Positions 49,355 through 64,000 of a stretch of DNA of 64,000 nt are shown in pieces. Below the pieces are notes generated by a model. That model saw nothing but the letters and a program-made list of their open reading frames with translations, made no database searches and was not told where the DNA came from. The translations under genes were made by a program, and so were the position numbers. Position 1 is the first letter of the stretch, and each line of letters begins with the position of its first letter. The DNA is taken from the NCBI GenBank assembly GCA_030704615.1, contig CM060732.1, forward strand, positions 30,380,001 through 30,444,000, written 5' to 3'. The DNA comes from Takakia lepidozioides (taxonomy: Eukaryota; Plantae; Bryophyta).

Positions 49355-52300
49355 TTATTTCTTTGGCCATCTGACCAAGTCTTTGTCCATCTCGTCACAC
49401 AGCCAACTAATCATATGAGTACGGGAAGCTATCATGGTTGACTCGTTGAACCAACTTGCAGTAAACGCCCGCCTATGACGGGTTCGATCTTCTGTGGTTT
49501 TCACATTGAACTTCCACTCCAAGTAAAATTGCACAAAACAAAGTGCATAATAGCCGCACTCCCAACAGCTCCGTTGCTGGGGGACACTGGCCTCAAACCA
49601 TTCCATCCTCTCCATGACGTAACTGAAGTCATCAGATCCAGGCATGAAATCAAAGAACGCTATGGCAAAATTTCGCAAAATTCCTTCAATGAGTTTGGGT
49701 CGGGCAATGGTTTTATGGGAGTCCAAATGTACTATCCGACCTCGGCGCTCTAAAACAGCAACACTCCAGTGATCACTGCAACACAAACAAAGCCGTTACG
49801 TCAGAATAAAAAAAACATCTCCAATGAAACCCATTGTGGTGTAACCCAGTAGTGTAACCCTTTGTACTGTAACTCTAAACGGTGTTACACAACTAGTCAG
49901 CAGTCACTAGTGCAACTCAGTCTAGAATAGAGGAGTGTAACCCAACATGCTCAGTCAACGCTGAAATTACTTACTCGAAGACAATAGGGATGACAACCAC
50001 GTCCACAAGATCTCGATTCTTTGTGAACACCATCCCTCGGGCATCCTGAGTGTACCATTCTTGCACCAACCCGAATAGCGTCTGCAGATCGTTACCATTG
50101 GTACGCATGACATGCCATTGGAAAGGAGCACAGATGACAAACTCAGGTGCGATAGCCTTAAACAATTTGGCCTCCAGAAGTTTGTTGTAACCCGAGAGCA
50201 ATGCATCTGTGACAGTTGCTCTTATTTATACATCGGCTCAAAATCTGTCTCTTCCAAGTAAAACTGTAACGGACTAGAAGCCAGGAAGGCATCGCCATAA
50301 TAAAACTTCACTTCGGGCGCCCCAGGAGGGTCCGACACCATTCTGAACTTTGTCAAGTACCGTTGTTTTAGTCTGCACAACAAACCGCACATTACGAACA
50401 TTACGATGCATCATACAAGAGTTATAATCAATATTCAAAATCAGAGAGGATCAAAGTACAATGAGGTACCTCGAACGCTCCCGCAAGTGCTTGGCAAGGA
50501 CCTCTTGCTGCTGGACAACGTCAACCTCCGAGACCCCTGCTTTTGCCTTTCGGTTTGGTTCGCTGTTTTTGGGTGCGACAAGAACAGATACTTCTTTGTC
50601 AGCGCTAGGGGGTTCAGCCAACCGCTTTCTTTGAGCAGGCGGCCGTTTTGACCTCCTGGGATTCTCTGCAACCCTGACAATGCCGCCGGTAGGGGAATTT
50701 CTGAGCCAGAGGTGCCTTGTTCTGAGTTTGCTGCAAGTGCTGAAGACTGCACTCCCTCGTCTGAGACGTGCTGGGGAGGTGATTGACCAAGGGCAGAAGT
50801 GTCACAGCTCACCTCCTCGGTGCTACCCCTGTCAGTGCCTTCTGTTCAAACCCCTTGTCACGCTTCTTAGTGTCACCCTTCTCTTCGGCTACCTCCTCAG
50901 TGTCACTCAGTGTGTGTCACCCTTCTTTCGGCTACCTCCTCAGTGTCACTCTTCTTAGTGTCACCCTTCGCTACCTCCTCAGAGTCACGCATCTCAGTGT
51001 CACCCTTCTCTCCGGCTACCTTCTCAGTGTCACTGGTCTCAGTGTCACTTCTCTTGGCCGCATTATCAGTGTCACTCTTCGCAGTGTCACCCTTCTCATC
51101 GGGTTCCTTCCCAGTGTCACTCTGCTGAGTAACAATCTTATGTGTGTCACCCTTGGCAGTGTCACTCTTCTCAGTGTCTAGATGCTCCGCAACATCCTTC
51201 TCTTCGTGACTCTCCACAGTGAAACGCTTCTCAGTGTGACCCTGCTTTGTGTCACCCTTCCAACTGACAACCTCCTCGGTGACACCCTTCCCCGTGTCAC
51301 CCATGTCGATGTCACTCTTCTTTGCATCAACCTCCTCAATGCCATCCTTGATTGTGTCGCCCTTCTCCGCACCCTCCAAGACCATGTTGACTAGCGGAAG
51401 ACCGTCATCCGTCGCGACTAGTGGCCGTGGCAAAGGAGTGTCACCTTCCACGACTAGTGGTAGTGGAATGTCATCCATGACAGTGTTACACTCACTGACA
51501 TCTACCATGTGGGTTGGCTGTGGGGTGTCACCCCTATCAGTGTAACCCATGTCAATGTCACTCTCAACGGAAGTTGCAGTGTTCACGGGCAATGGTGTGT
51601 CACCCACGACAATGTCCCTCACGGCATTGTCAGCCACACCGTATCAGTGTCACCCTGAGGTGCAAGCTGTCACCCAGTGTAACCCTCCTTCCCTGTTGCT
51701 CCTCTGCACAGTGTCACCCTGAGGTGCAGTGTAACCCTCCTTCCCTGTTGCTCCTCTCTGCACAGTGTCACCCTCAGGTGCAGTGTAACCCTCGGTTTCA
51801 GGGCATCCTCCCCTTGCAGTGTCACCCTGCGCATCAATGGGACCCACGAAGGCTGGGTCATTCTGAGAGAGGTTGACCACATGATCCTGACAAATACTTA
51901 CATTGCTGCATCGAGGGTTCAACCCAGCATCTCAGATTCAAAGTCATACACAGACTCTGGGTCAAGCGGGTCCCCGATTCTTCGATTAAGACCTTCAAAG
52001 AAATGACTGGGGCTGCGGACAAAGAGGTTCGCACTTGGGTGTTCCACCTTGATGTATCATCTTCAGTATCAGTATCAGAATTCATGGGCAAATCCCGCGT
52101 CAAGTGCTAGGTTCACCCTAAGTGCAGCTGGGTTGAGTACAATTCACCAACCTGCGACAAAGATACAACGGCAGATTGACTTGGAATGATGTCCTCGTCA
52201 TGTACATCGTCGCTCTGCGGGGCGGAAATTGGCCCATCGCTCGTCTGCGCGCCCCCTACGCCCCCTGTATCGCATTGTGGAGGGGCCCCATACACAACTT

Positions 52301-54728
52301 CGTGAAGCTCACGTTGAGCCTCAAAAAGGTTTTTGAACGCATTGGCGACTTGATTGGTCATGAGCTCGGACTCATCTGCATCGGGAAAAGACAAAGGTTT
52401 TTAGTCGTGGAACGAGGTTTTTGAAAGTGCAAGGGTTACACTGACTAGGACAAGACAGTGGTTCGGATTACACGATGTGGGTTACACCACCCTGTTAGAG
52501 ACAGTAGTTTGCAATGGGTTACACTACCTGAGATTACACAACGAGAGGGTAACAAATCTAGGGTAACACAGCGAGGGGTACCATTAGGGGTACACTGATT
52601 ACAGGGTTACATACTCCGAGGGTTACACACACACAGCGAGGGTTACACTGAGTACAAGGTTCCACATAGCGAGGGTTACACTGATTACAGGGTTACACAC
52701 AACGAGGGTTACACTGAGTTACAAGGTCACATAGCGAGGGTTACAATGATTACAAGATTACACACAAAGGGGTTACACGACGAGAGGGGTGACAGTGGAT
52801 GGAGTAACACTTACAGAGATACCAAGGCACTACAGACCCAAGGTCTCATATACTGGATGCCCAAACGCGCATTGAAGTCCATTTCTGTTGGTGATTCGCT
52901 GAAGAGGCCACAACACCAAAGCTGGATAAACGATTCTCTCTGTTGGATCGCAAAGTGATGGGCGGCGCGACGACGGCTTGCCTTGCAAAACTGTATAGCT
53001 CCGTTGATCTTAATTGACCGGTCACCCCACTCTTCTGTACTCAAACTCGATCTTAAGTCTTCGAGCTCAGAATCCAAGGTCGCAATTCCGTCACCAGGTT
53101 GTGCAAAGTACATCAGACTAAAGCCGTAATACTCATCGACCAGGTCCTTCACCTTTGAGGCCGTAAGAGCACTTTCCAGAAGTTCAGTCGTGAACCCCAA
53201 CCTGGGATGCGTTTGGGAAACTGACCTGCCATGATTTCTTACATCGTTGTGGGCAGAATTCTCAAAAGGAGTGGTGGCGGTCCAATGTGCGGTTTGGTGA
53301 GATTCTCCATTTGACTGATCAATCCTTCGGCAAAACCACGAGTGAATTCCAACGGATCTGGAACAACCAAACCTTTGATTCCATCTACAGTAATAGTGAT
53401 GACAAGAGGATTTGAAGTTCTGGCATCGTCAAGGTCGGTATTGCCAACAGCTAGTTCGTCCATCGTGTCATCATCATGTGGCTTGGCTCTCTCGATGGAC
53501 TCGTGTAAGTCTCCCACCTTTTTTCTTTTTCTGCTTTGGCATGTCAGGATGCCCAATGCTCTCTAAATACTCCTTCACCCGATTCAATTCCTCTATCATT
53601 AACGGACCATGATCCGGCTGGGCAGTAAACGCCTTGTGGGCAGCAACAACACTGTCCATATCATCGCTTCTAAGATGATATCGAGCTCCCTGCGCAATAC
53701 AGCGTGAGGGGTTACACCAGAGAAAAGGGTTACAGCACGAGGGGTTACAAACAAGATGGGCTACACGGGGTTACACAGAGGTGGGTTACACACCATAGGG
53801 GTTTTTAAAAGGGGTCCTCTGTAGGTGGGTTACACTCTGGGTTACACGCCACAGGAGAGACAGGGGGGGTAACACAAGGGTTACATGGATAGACAACAGC
53901 CCAAAATTTGAAAAACAGAGAAATGGCAGGGAATCCAACTTGATTGTCTGTCGATAGAACCCAACTTGATTTTGCAGCTGTCGCATGGACTGCGCCCTCG
54001 CCTCGCGCAACAAATTCTTGGAATGCCGGCCAAAACCCCTTCTCATTGACATTCGGAAATGGGAACTGAGGAATAAGGCCATGCGGTAGCAGAAGGATTG
54101 AGCCTGGAGTTCGCTTTCGCAAGATGAACCTTGAGCTCCGGTTTCCCCGGTTTCCAATGTTGATTTTCTTTGCAATAGGGACAGGTAGAGGCGGGCTCAA
54201 TCGCCGCTTGTCTCTCTCGTTAGAAACCTGCCGAATAGAAGGACCAGGGACAGAAACAGCAGGAGCACCAGAAGATGGAACCTCTGTAGCAGAAATAGCC
54301 GAAGAAGGTACAACAGCAGGCACTTCAATAGGATCTGCAATCTCACCCAAAGCCACCCTATTTTGCAGAATCCATGCATGATATGCATCAACAGAAGAAG
54401 CTGGAACAGAATTCATCACATTTTCAACAGCCATGGCATGCTTGAGCTCCGCATCAGGAAACGGTTTTGTTCCTTTCGGTCTGGCCATACATGCGGCCGT
54501 TCCATCGACAATATGCCGATTCAATCTGCTCTTATCTACCTTTACTGCCCCACAATAAGGACATTTGAACTTAGGCCGGCCCTTTGCTCCCTCCACCTTG
54601 GCCTCTCTACACCTGGTGTGGCAGTACGCGATCATTGTAGCATGCTCATGCTCAGTGTACCAGAAGCGAACTCGTTCGCCATCCCTTTTCAAGTGATCAA
54701 ATGGAATAGTAGCCTCTCCAGGGAACAA
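49355..54728 (-). CDS. Multi-exon MULE accessory gene: N-terminal Zn finger, acidic GDT repeats, C-terminal Ulp1/C48 SUMO protease
   Basis: Spliced 'VIPIVFD|DHWSVAVL...HLDS...PQQRSCWECG' supplies the H/D/Q/C catalytic residues. 'KFKCPYCG...LNRH' lies in 53805-54728. Whether this is one gene or two is uncertain. Confidence 0.75.
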
Positions 54729-55980
54729 TTAACAATCAGCCATGACAAAAGAAAAAGCTGAAGAGAAGAGAAGAGCAAGAGCAAGAAAAGACAAGACAAG
54801 AAAAGACCAAGACCAAGAGAATTCCGAAGAACGCACAACAGGGAGCACGCACAGCAAGGAGTGCAGGAAGAATATGAAAGGCTGCGAGAAGGGGAAAACT
54901 GAACAATGATCAAAGAACGAAGAACGAAGCTAGCTAGATGTCACCCGTAAGGCACGTCGGTTAAGCGAAAGACGGCGGTTCATTAAAATCTGGCGGCTTG
55001 CAATCAATTATATCCGCACTGACTCACACGTGTATGAGTTGCAATCCCGGTGTCACCCGGAATAGCGGAGTGTAACCCGTAACCCTACACTTGTGAGCGC
55101 GACAAACCGGCCGTTACCCGCATGCCAGGCACGTCGAGTGTAACCCTCCGTCAGGTACCCACATATGATGTAACCCTTCGTCACAACCTCATGTACCCCT
55201 AGTCTATGTGACTCCCGAACACAACATCGATGTAACCCTGTCATATCAAACCATTAGTATGCAACCTCCAGGTAAACATGGTCAATGTAATGCCCCACCC
55301 ATGTAACCCTAGCCTATGTGGCTCCGCGAGCGCAACATCCACGTAACCCATCAAACATGTCAACCCCATCTAAACCTCCATTACTAAACCGTCTACCAAG
55401 CTAGCATGTATTGAGAAAGAAAACACCGTGTAACCCCCTGTGTGTAACCATAGCACACGTGAGGTAGTCATATAAACCATCAGACATGTAACCGGTTGAC
55501 AGTGCTTGCAAAACACGCATGATTCGATACGTATTGCATCCATAATAGCGATGAGTAGGCTGCCCCGGCTGGTGTGTGAACAAAAGATACACGAGAGGAG
55601 AGTGAATGGGCACCCCGTCAAATGAGCGGCTGCTTGCATGGCTAGACCGAAAGAAAAAAACCCTTTCCTAATGCGGATCTTAGGAATACCATAGCCATCG
55701 GGGACGGTGACAAAACAACAAGAATGACATTGAGAAAGAAAAAGAATAGAGACAACCGTATCAATCGTAGAGAAAACCGTAGTAATAGATTTGACGGATC
55801 GCTGCGCGGAAAGCGTTGTCTTGTATGTTGCTGGGATGACGATACTGAACTGAATGAACTACAAATCTTTCGCATTGATGTGTGAAGCCGATTGGGCACC
55901 ATGGGAATTGCAGAAAGCTGATGCCCCAAAGCAAAAAAACGAGCGAGCTAGGAATCTGAAAAACGGATGGAGAGAGCAAA

Positions 55981-56004
55981 TTAGGGTTTCGGCCTCTATT
56001 TAAA
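55981..56004 (-). promoter_or_regulatory. Candidate core promoter (TATA-like element + telo-box) of the Ulp1/Zn-finger gene
   Basis: On -: TTTAAATAG...AAACCCTAA followed by a CT-rich leader. Confidence 0.4.
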
Positions 56005-56051
56005 CCTCCATTCGGCCGTCGGATAGTTTACACGTGTATGATGTACACGAG

Positions 56052-56846
56052 GCGGTGTTACAGAGGGTTACATGAGGGTTACAGAGGGTCAGAGAGGGTT
56101 ACATGGAGTGAGGGTTACATAGGGGTGAGGGTGACACTCTGCGGTGTTACAGAGGGTTACATGGTGGTGAGGGTTACAAAGGGTCACAGAGGGTTACATG
56201 GAGTGAGGGTTACATAAGGGGTGAGGGCGACACTCTGCGGTGTTACAGAGGGTTACATAGGTTACAGAGCCACAGAGAGGGTTACATGGTGGAGGGTGAC
56301 ACTCTGCGGTGTTACAGAGGGTTACATGGTGGTAAGGGTTACACCTGGTGAGGGATATAGAGGGTCACAGAGGGTTACATGGGTTACAGAGGGTTACATG
56401 GTGGTGAGGGTTACAGAGGGTCAAAGAGGGTTACATGGAATGAGGGTTACATAGGGGTGAGGGTGTGTGTTACAGAGGGTTACATGGTGTGAGGGTTACA
56501 AAGGGTCACAGAGGGTTACATGGGAGGGTTACATGGAGTGAGGGTTACATAAGGGGTGAGGGCGACACTCTGCGGTGTTACAGAGGGTTACATGGTTACA
56601 GAGCCACAGAGGGTTTGTGAGGGATGGGGTACTTGTGTTTATGAGGGTTACGGAGGGTTATATGGTGGCGAGGGTGACACTCTGTGGTGTTACAGAGGGT
56701 TACATGGTGGTAAGGGTTACACCTGGTGAGGGATATAGAAGGTCACAGAGGGTTACATGGGTTACAAAGGGTTACATAGTGGTGAGGGTTACAGAGGGTC
56801 AGAGAGGGTTACATGGAGTGAGGGTTACATAGGGGTGAGGGTGACA
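56052..56846 (-). repeat. Right subterminal satellite, inverted relative to 31061-33397
   Basis: AGGGTTACATGG / AGGGTGACACTCTGCGGTGTTACAG modules. Confidence 0.95.
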
Positions 56847-56909
56847 TGTATTTTTAGCTTATACTCTTATATGTGTATAAATATAATTTGAATATATACA
56901 TGTACATAT

Positions 56910-57155
56910 CTATTATATATTATATATATAAATAAGTTAAAAATTATAGATTACAATTCAATTGAATTGTAGTCAGCAATTCAATTGAATTGCCAATTCG
57001 CAATTCAATGGAATCGTGTGCCGACAATTCAATTGAATTGCAAATTAGGGTTAGTTCAAATTGAATTGCCCTTGCAATTCAATTAATTGCGCACTTTTAG
57101 GGGGTGATCAAGTGAATTGCGATGCATTTCACATCAAGGCCTTTTTGGAATTCCC
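56910..57155 (-). repeat. Right terminal inverted repeat
   Basis: Ends ...AAGGCCTTTTTGGAATTCCC|TA. Has more CAATTCAATTGAATTG units than the left TIR. Confidence 0.9.
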
Positions 57156-59277
57156 TAGTCTATCAGCTCTTCCACCATCCTCGATGCGCATTTCTCACCA
57201 ACCCACCTGAGGTATGTTTTGGTTTTATGCTTTGCTCACTTGAGATTCAATTGTAGTAAAGCCTTACTACCATTGTTTCCTTTCTATGTAATAGGGGATA
57301 CTTTTGTTAGATTCACTGATGTAATTTGGTTTTGGTGGACAGAACCAGGACAGCCAACTGATGGGAGATTACAGAGATGTCTGCGGAGTATCCTGTGGCT
57401 GCGGATGCCCAGGTTATGCCAAAAGTATAATTTCTCTGATTGTTGTTCCTGTTTCTGAAGAGGTCCTACCGGAAAGAAGACTGTCTGTCCCTTTTGCATG
57501 AAAGGTATGGAGTATGTGGGGATGATTAATGGAGGAATCTGATCTGAGGGGCCTAGCTGTACATATTATGAAAAACTCTGGCTTCCCATTGAGGACGGCC
57601 AGCAATTATTTTTGTGATGAGCCGCTGAGAAGTCACTTGTACAACCACAATTGGAAAGAAGTGACTGTAATTCAACTATGAAGATCTTGAGTTGATCTGC
57701 CACTGACAGAAGCATACAGCAAGTCTTGGTGTCCACTTGCAGATATGGGAAGGTTCTTCCACTTCTCTCTCTTTTACACCAGACTAGGCCACCTTGCATA
57801 TATGCTAAGACGGGGGACAAGTTTGAGGTTTTATCTTCCAAGTTTGAAACAGGAAACTCAAGCACTACAAAAGATTATGCTCCCTCCTGTTTCATCTGCT
57901 GGGCTTGGTTCACATTCTTGAAAGAATAAACTACAACAGACCACTATTAAATTGTTGAAAGCTTGCAAGGATTGCTATGTTCACTAGTCAACATCGGAAG
58001 CCTCATCATTCTCACTGATGAGATTTCAGCCCTGAACTGCGAAATCAAATTCTTTGCAGTTAGTAGGGCTTTTAAGTTTGAGCTGACTTTAATAATGTGC
58101 TGGGGTTATCATAACAGATCTACAGAATTGAGACGTCAAATTTTGTCAAGAGTTTCAGTGGGGTTGGGTGTTAACGTGCATCAAGGAGGGTGCACTGATA
58201 AAAGAAGAGAGTACGAAAATGGGGAGGGCGTATGATGGTGTCTGGGCTTCTGCCTCAGCTTGGAATTCCGTAGCGTGAGCTGAAGAAGGTAAGGTCAGAT
58301 TATGAATTCACTGTCTATGCAAGGGCTGCGCTTCATTGCATCATACCAAAATCATACTTCTCTCCCTCTCTCTCTGCGAGCATCTCCCTCTGTCTCTCCC
58401 CAGAGCCTGAGCTTCCTAAAGTGGAGGGCAATTGGGACAGGGCAAGTTCTGGCTTTACCAAGCGCCCTGGTGCCATTAACTGACTCTAATATTTGGAAAT
58501 ACTACAGTGAGCCAGCTAGTTGAGGAAGAAACTGAAGCTGCTCAAAACTCGATAATTCAGCACCACGTTCGAATTTGCTTACACTTTGGCAATCACAAAA
58601 CACAGTGACGTACCTGGTGAATTCATCCAGGACGTCGCAATAATCGTGCTTTGCGCTTTAGGCGACTATTGTGAATAGTCATTCTGCCTACTCCACGGGG
58701 AGTTTTCTTTGAACTCATCAACGGGATCTTCAACTCCATGGCTCAAGCGTCAGACAAAAACAAATCACATTGATCACAGGCAACAGGGTTGCGAGCTTGC
58801 CACGACGCCATACATACTAGAATAATTTATTGTAGAAGATAGTTGATCCCAAAGAACCCATATCTCCTTCCTCACACTCTGTGAATCACTTCCATACCCT
58901 TTTCTGCATTTGTCGAAAGAGGGTGATGTTGCGTTATAAACTTTGCCACCCTATCACCACGTGCTGTACCAAAAACGTAAACAGCCATTTAGCTGTTCCC
59001 GGAAAGAGATGTTATTTTTGGTGTAAGCCAATTTCCAATACTGTTAACTGTGCGTCTCTCTCCCTACCTCTCCCTACACGAAGCTTTATTAGGATAGGCT
59101 GCAGTGCAGAGAAGGACCGTCTCGGGAAGTGGGCCGTAGCTCGCAGGCTCCATCTTTCTTCTCAAATAACTCGCTTTCTCATGACCCTTGGTTCTCTCGG
59201 AGTGTTCTGGTTCCCAGTGATGGGTTTGTGTGATTTCTGAGAGTCTCAATTGCGGCCCCTCAAGCTGGGTTTACTCG

Positions 59278-63871
<4,594 letters not shown>

Positions 63872-64000
63872 GTAAGAATTACGGTTATGCTCCAGACCAT
63901 GATGACCCATACAGAGGGAGTGAGTAGCTGTTTTGTAAGACATGGATGAGGTTGTCTTGTGGGCATGTTACTCCACTATTGCCATCTCCCAACTGTTGAT

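Larger units (their letters stand above)
30676..57155. mobile_element. Foldback-like Mutator (MULE) element, ~14.5 kb net of the nested 12-kb retrotransposon
   Basis: Inverted termini GGGAATTCCAAAAAGGCCTT...GATCACCCCCTAAAAGTGCGCAATT at both ends, each flanked by TA. Inverted satellite arms, SWIM transposase and Ulp1 gene inside. Confidence 0.85.

Noticed and set aside
57160-59000. Possible exons of another host gene
   Set aside because: Some splice-like signals are present, but no coherent or recognisable reading frame.

Overview
Eukaryotic, land-plant-type nuclear DNA (spliceosomal introns; the TE content suggests a non-seed plant, which is inference). About 75% is transposon-derived and surrounds three host genes: COX6A (22.5-25.5 kb), a polyamine transporter (27.1-28.6 kb) and a NUMOD3-domain gene (59.3 kb to the window end). 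Left part: a degraded CACTA/EnSpm element (Tnp2 transposase plus a TnpA-like gene with an embedded FCP1/NIF phosphatase domain), a convergent MULE-type transposase, and an L1 LINE. Centre: a ~26.5 kb Foldback-like Mutator element (30676-57155) with TIRs, inverted GTAACCC satellite arms, a SWIM transposase and a Ulp1 SUMO-protease gene. Nested in it is the most unusual object, a young 12 kb Ty3/Gypsy retrotransposon (36277-48296). It has (i) a DNMT3-like C5 cytosine methyltransferase between protease and RT and a PHD finger after integrase, (ii) a tRNA-independent self-priming PBS, (iii) fragments of four housekeeping genes (LUC7, MAD1, ISD11/LYRM4, RPS18) in its leader, and (iv) circularly permuted termini, B-internal-A-B-A. 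Its integrated ends and 4-bp TSD map to a palindrome (GACA^GC^TGTC) inside the LTR rather than to the RT-defined LTR ends, which suggests integration from a 2-LTR circle. Many frameshifts look like long-read indel errors, so ORF integrity is uncertain. All protein assignments come from motif recognition by eye, not database searches.
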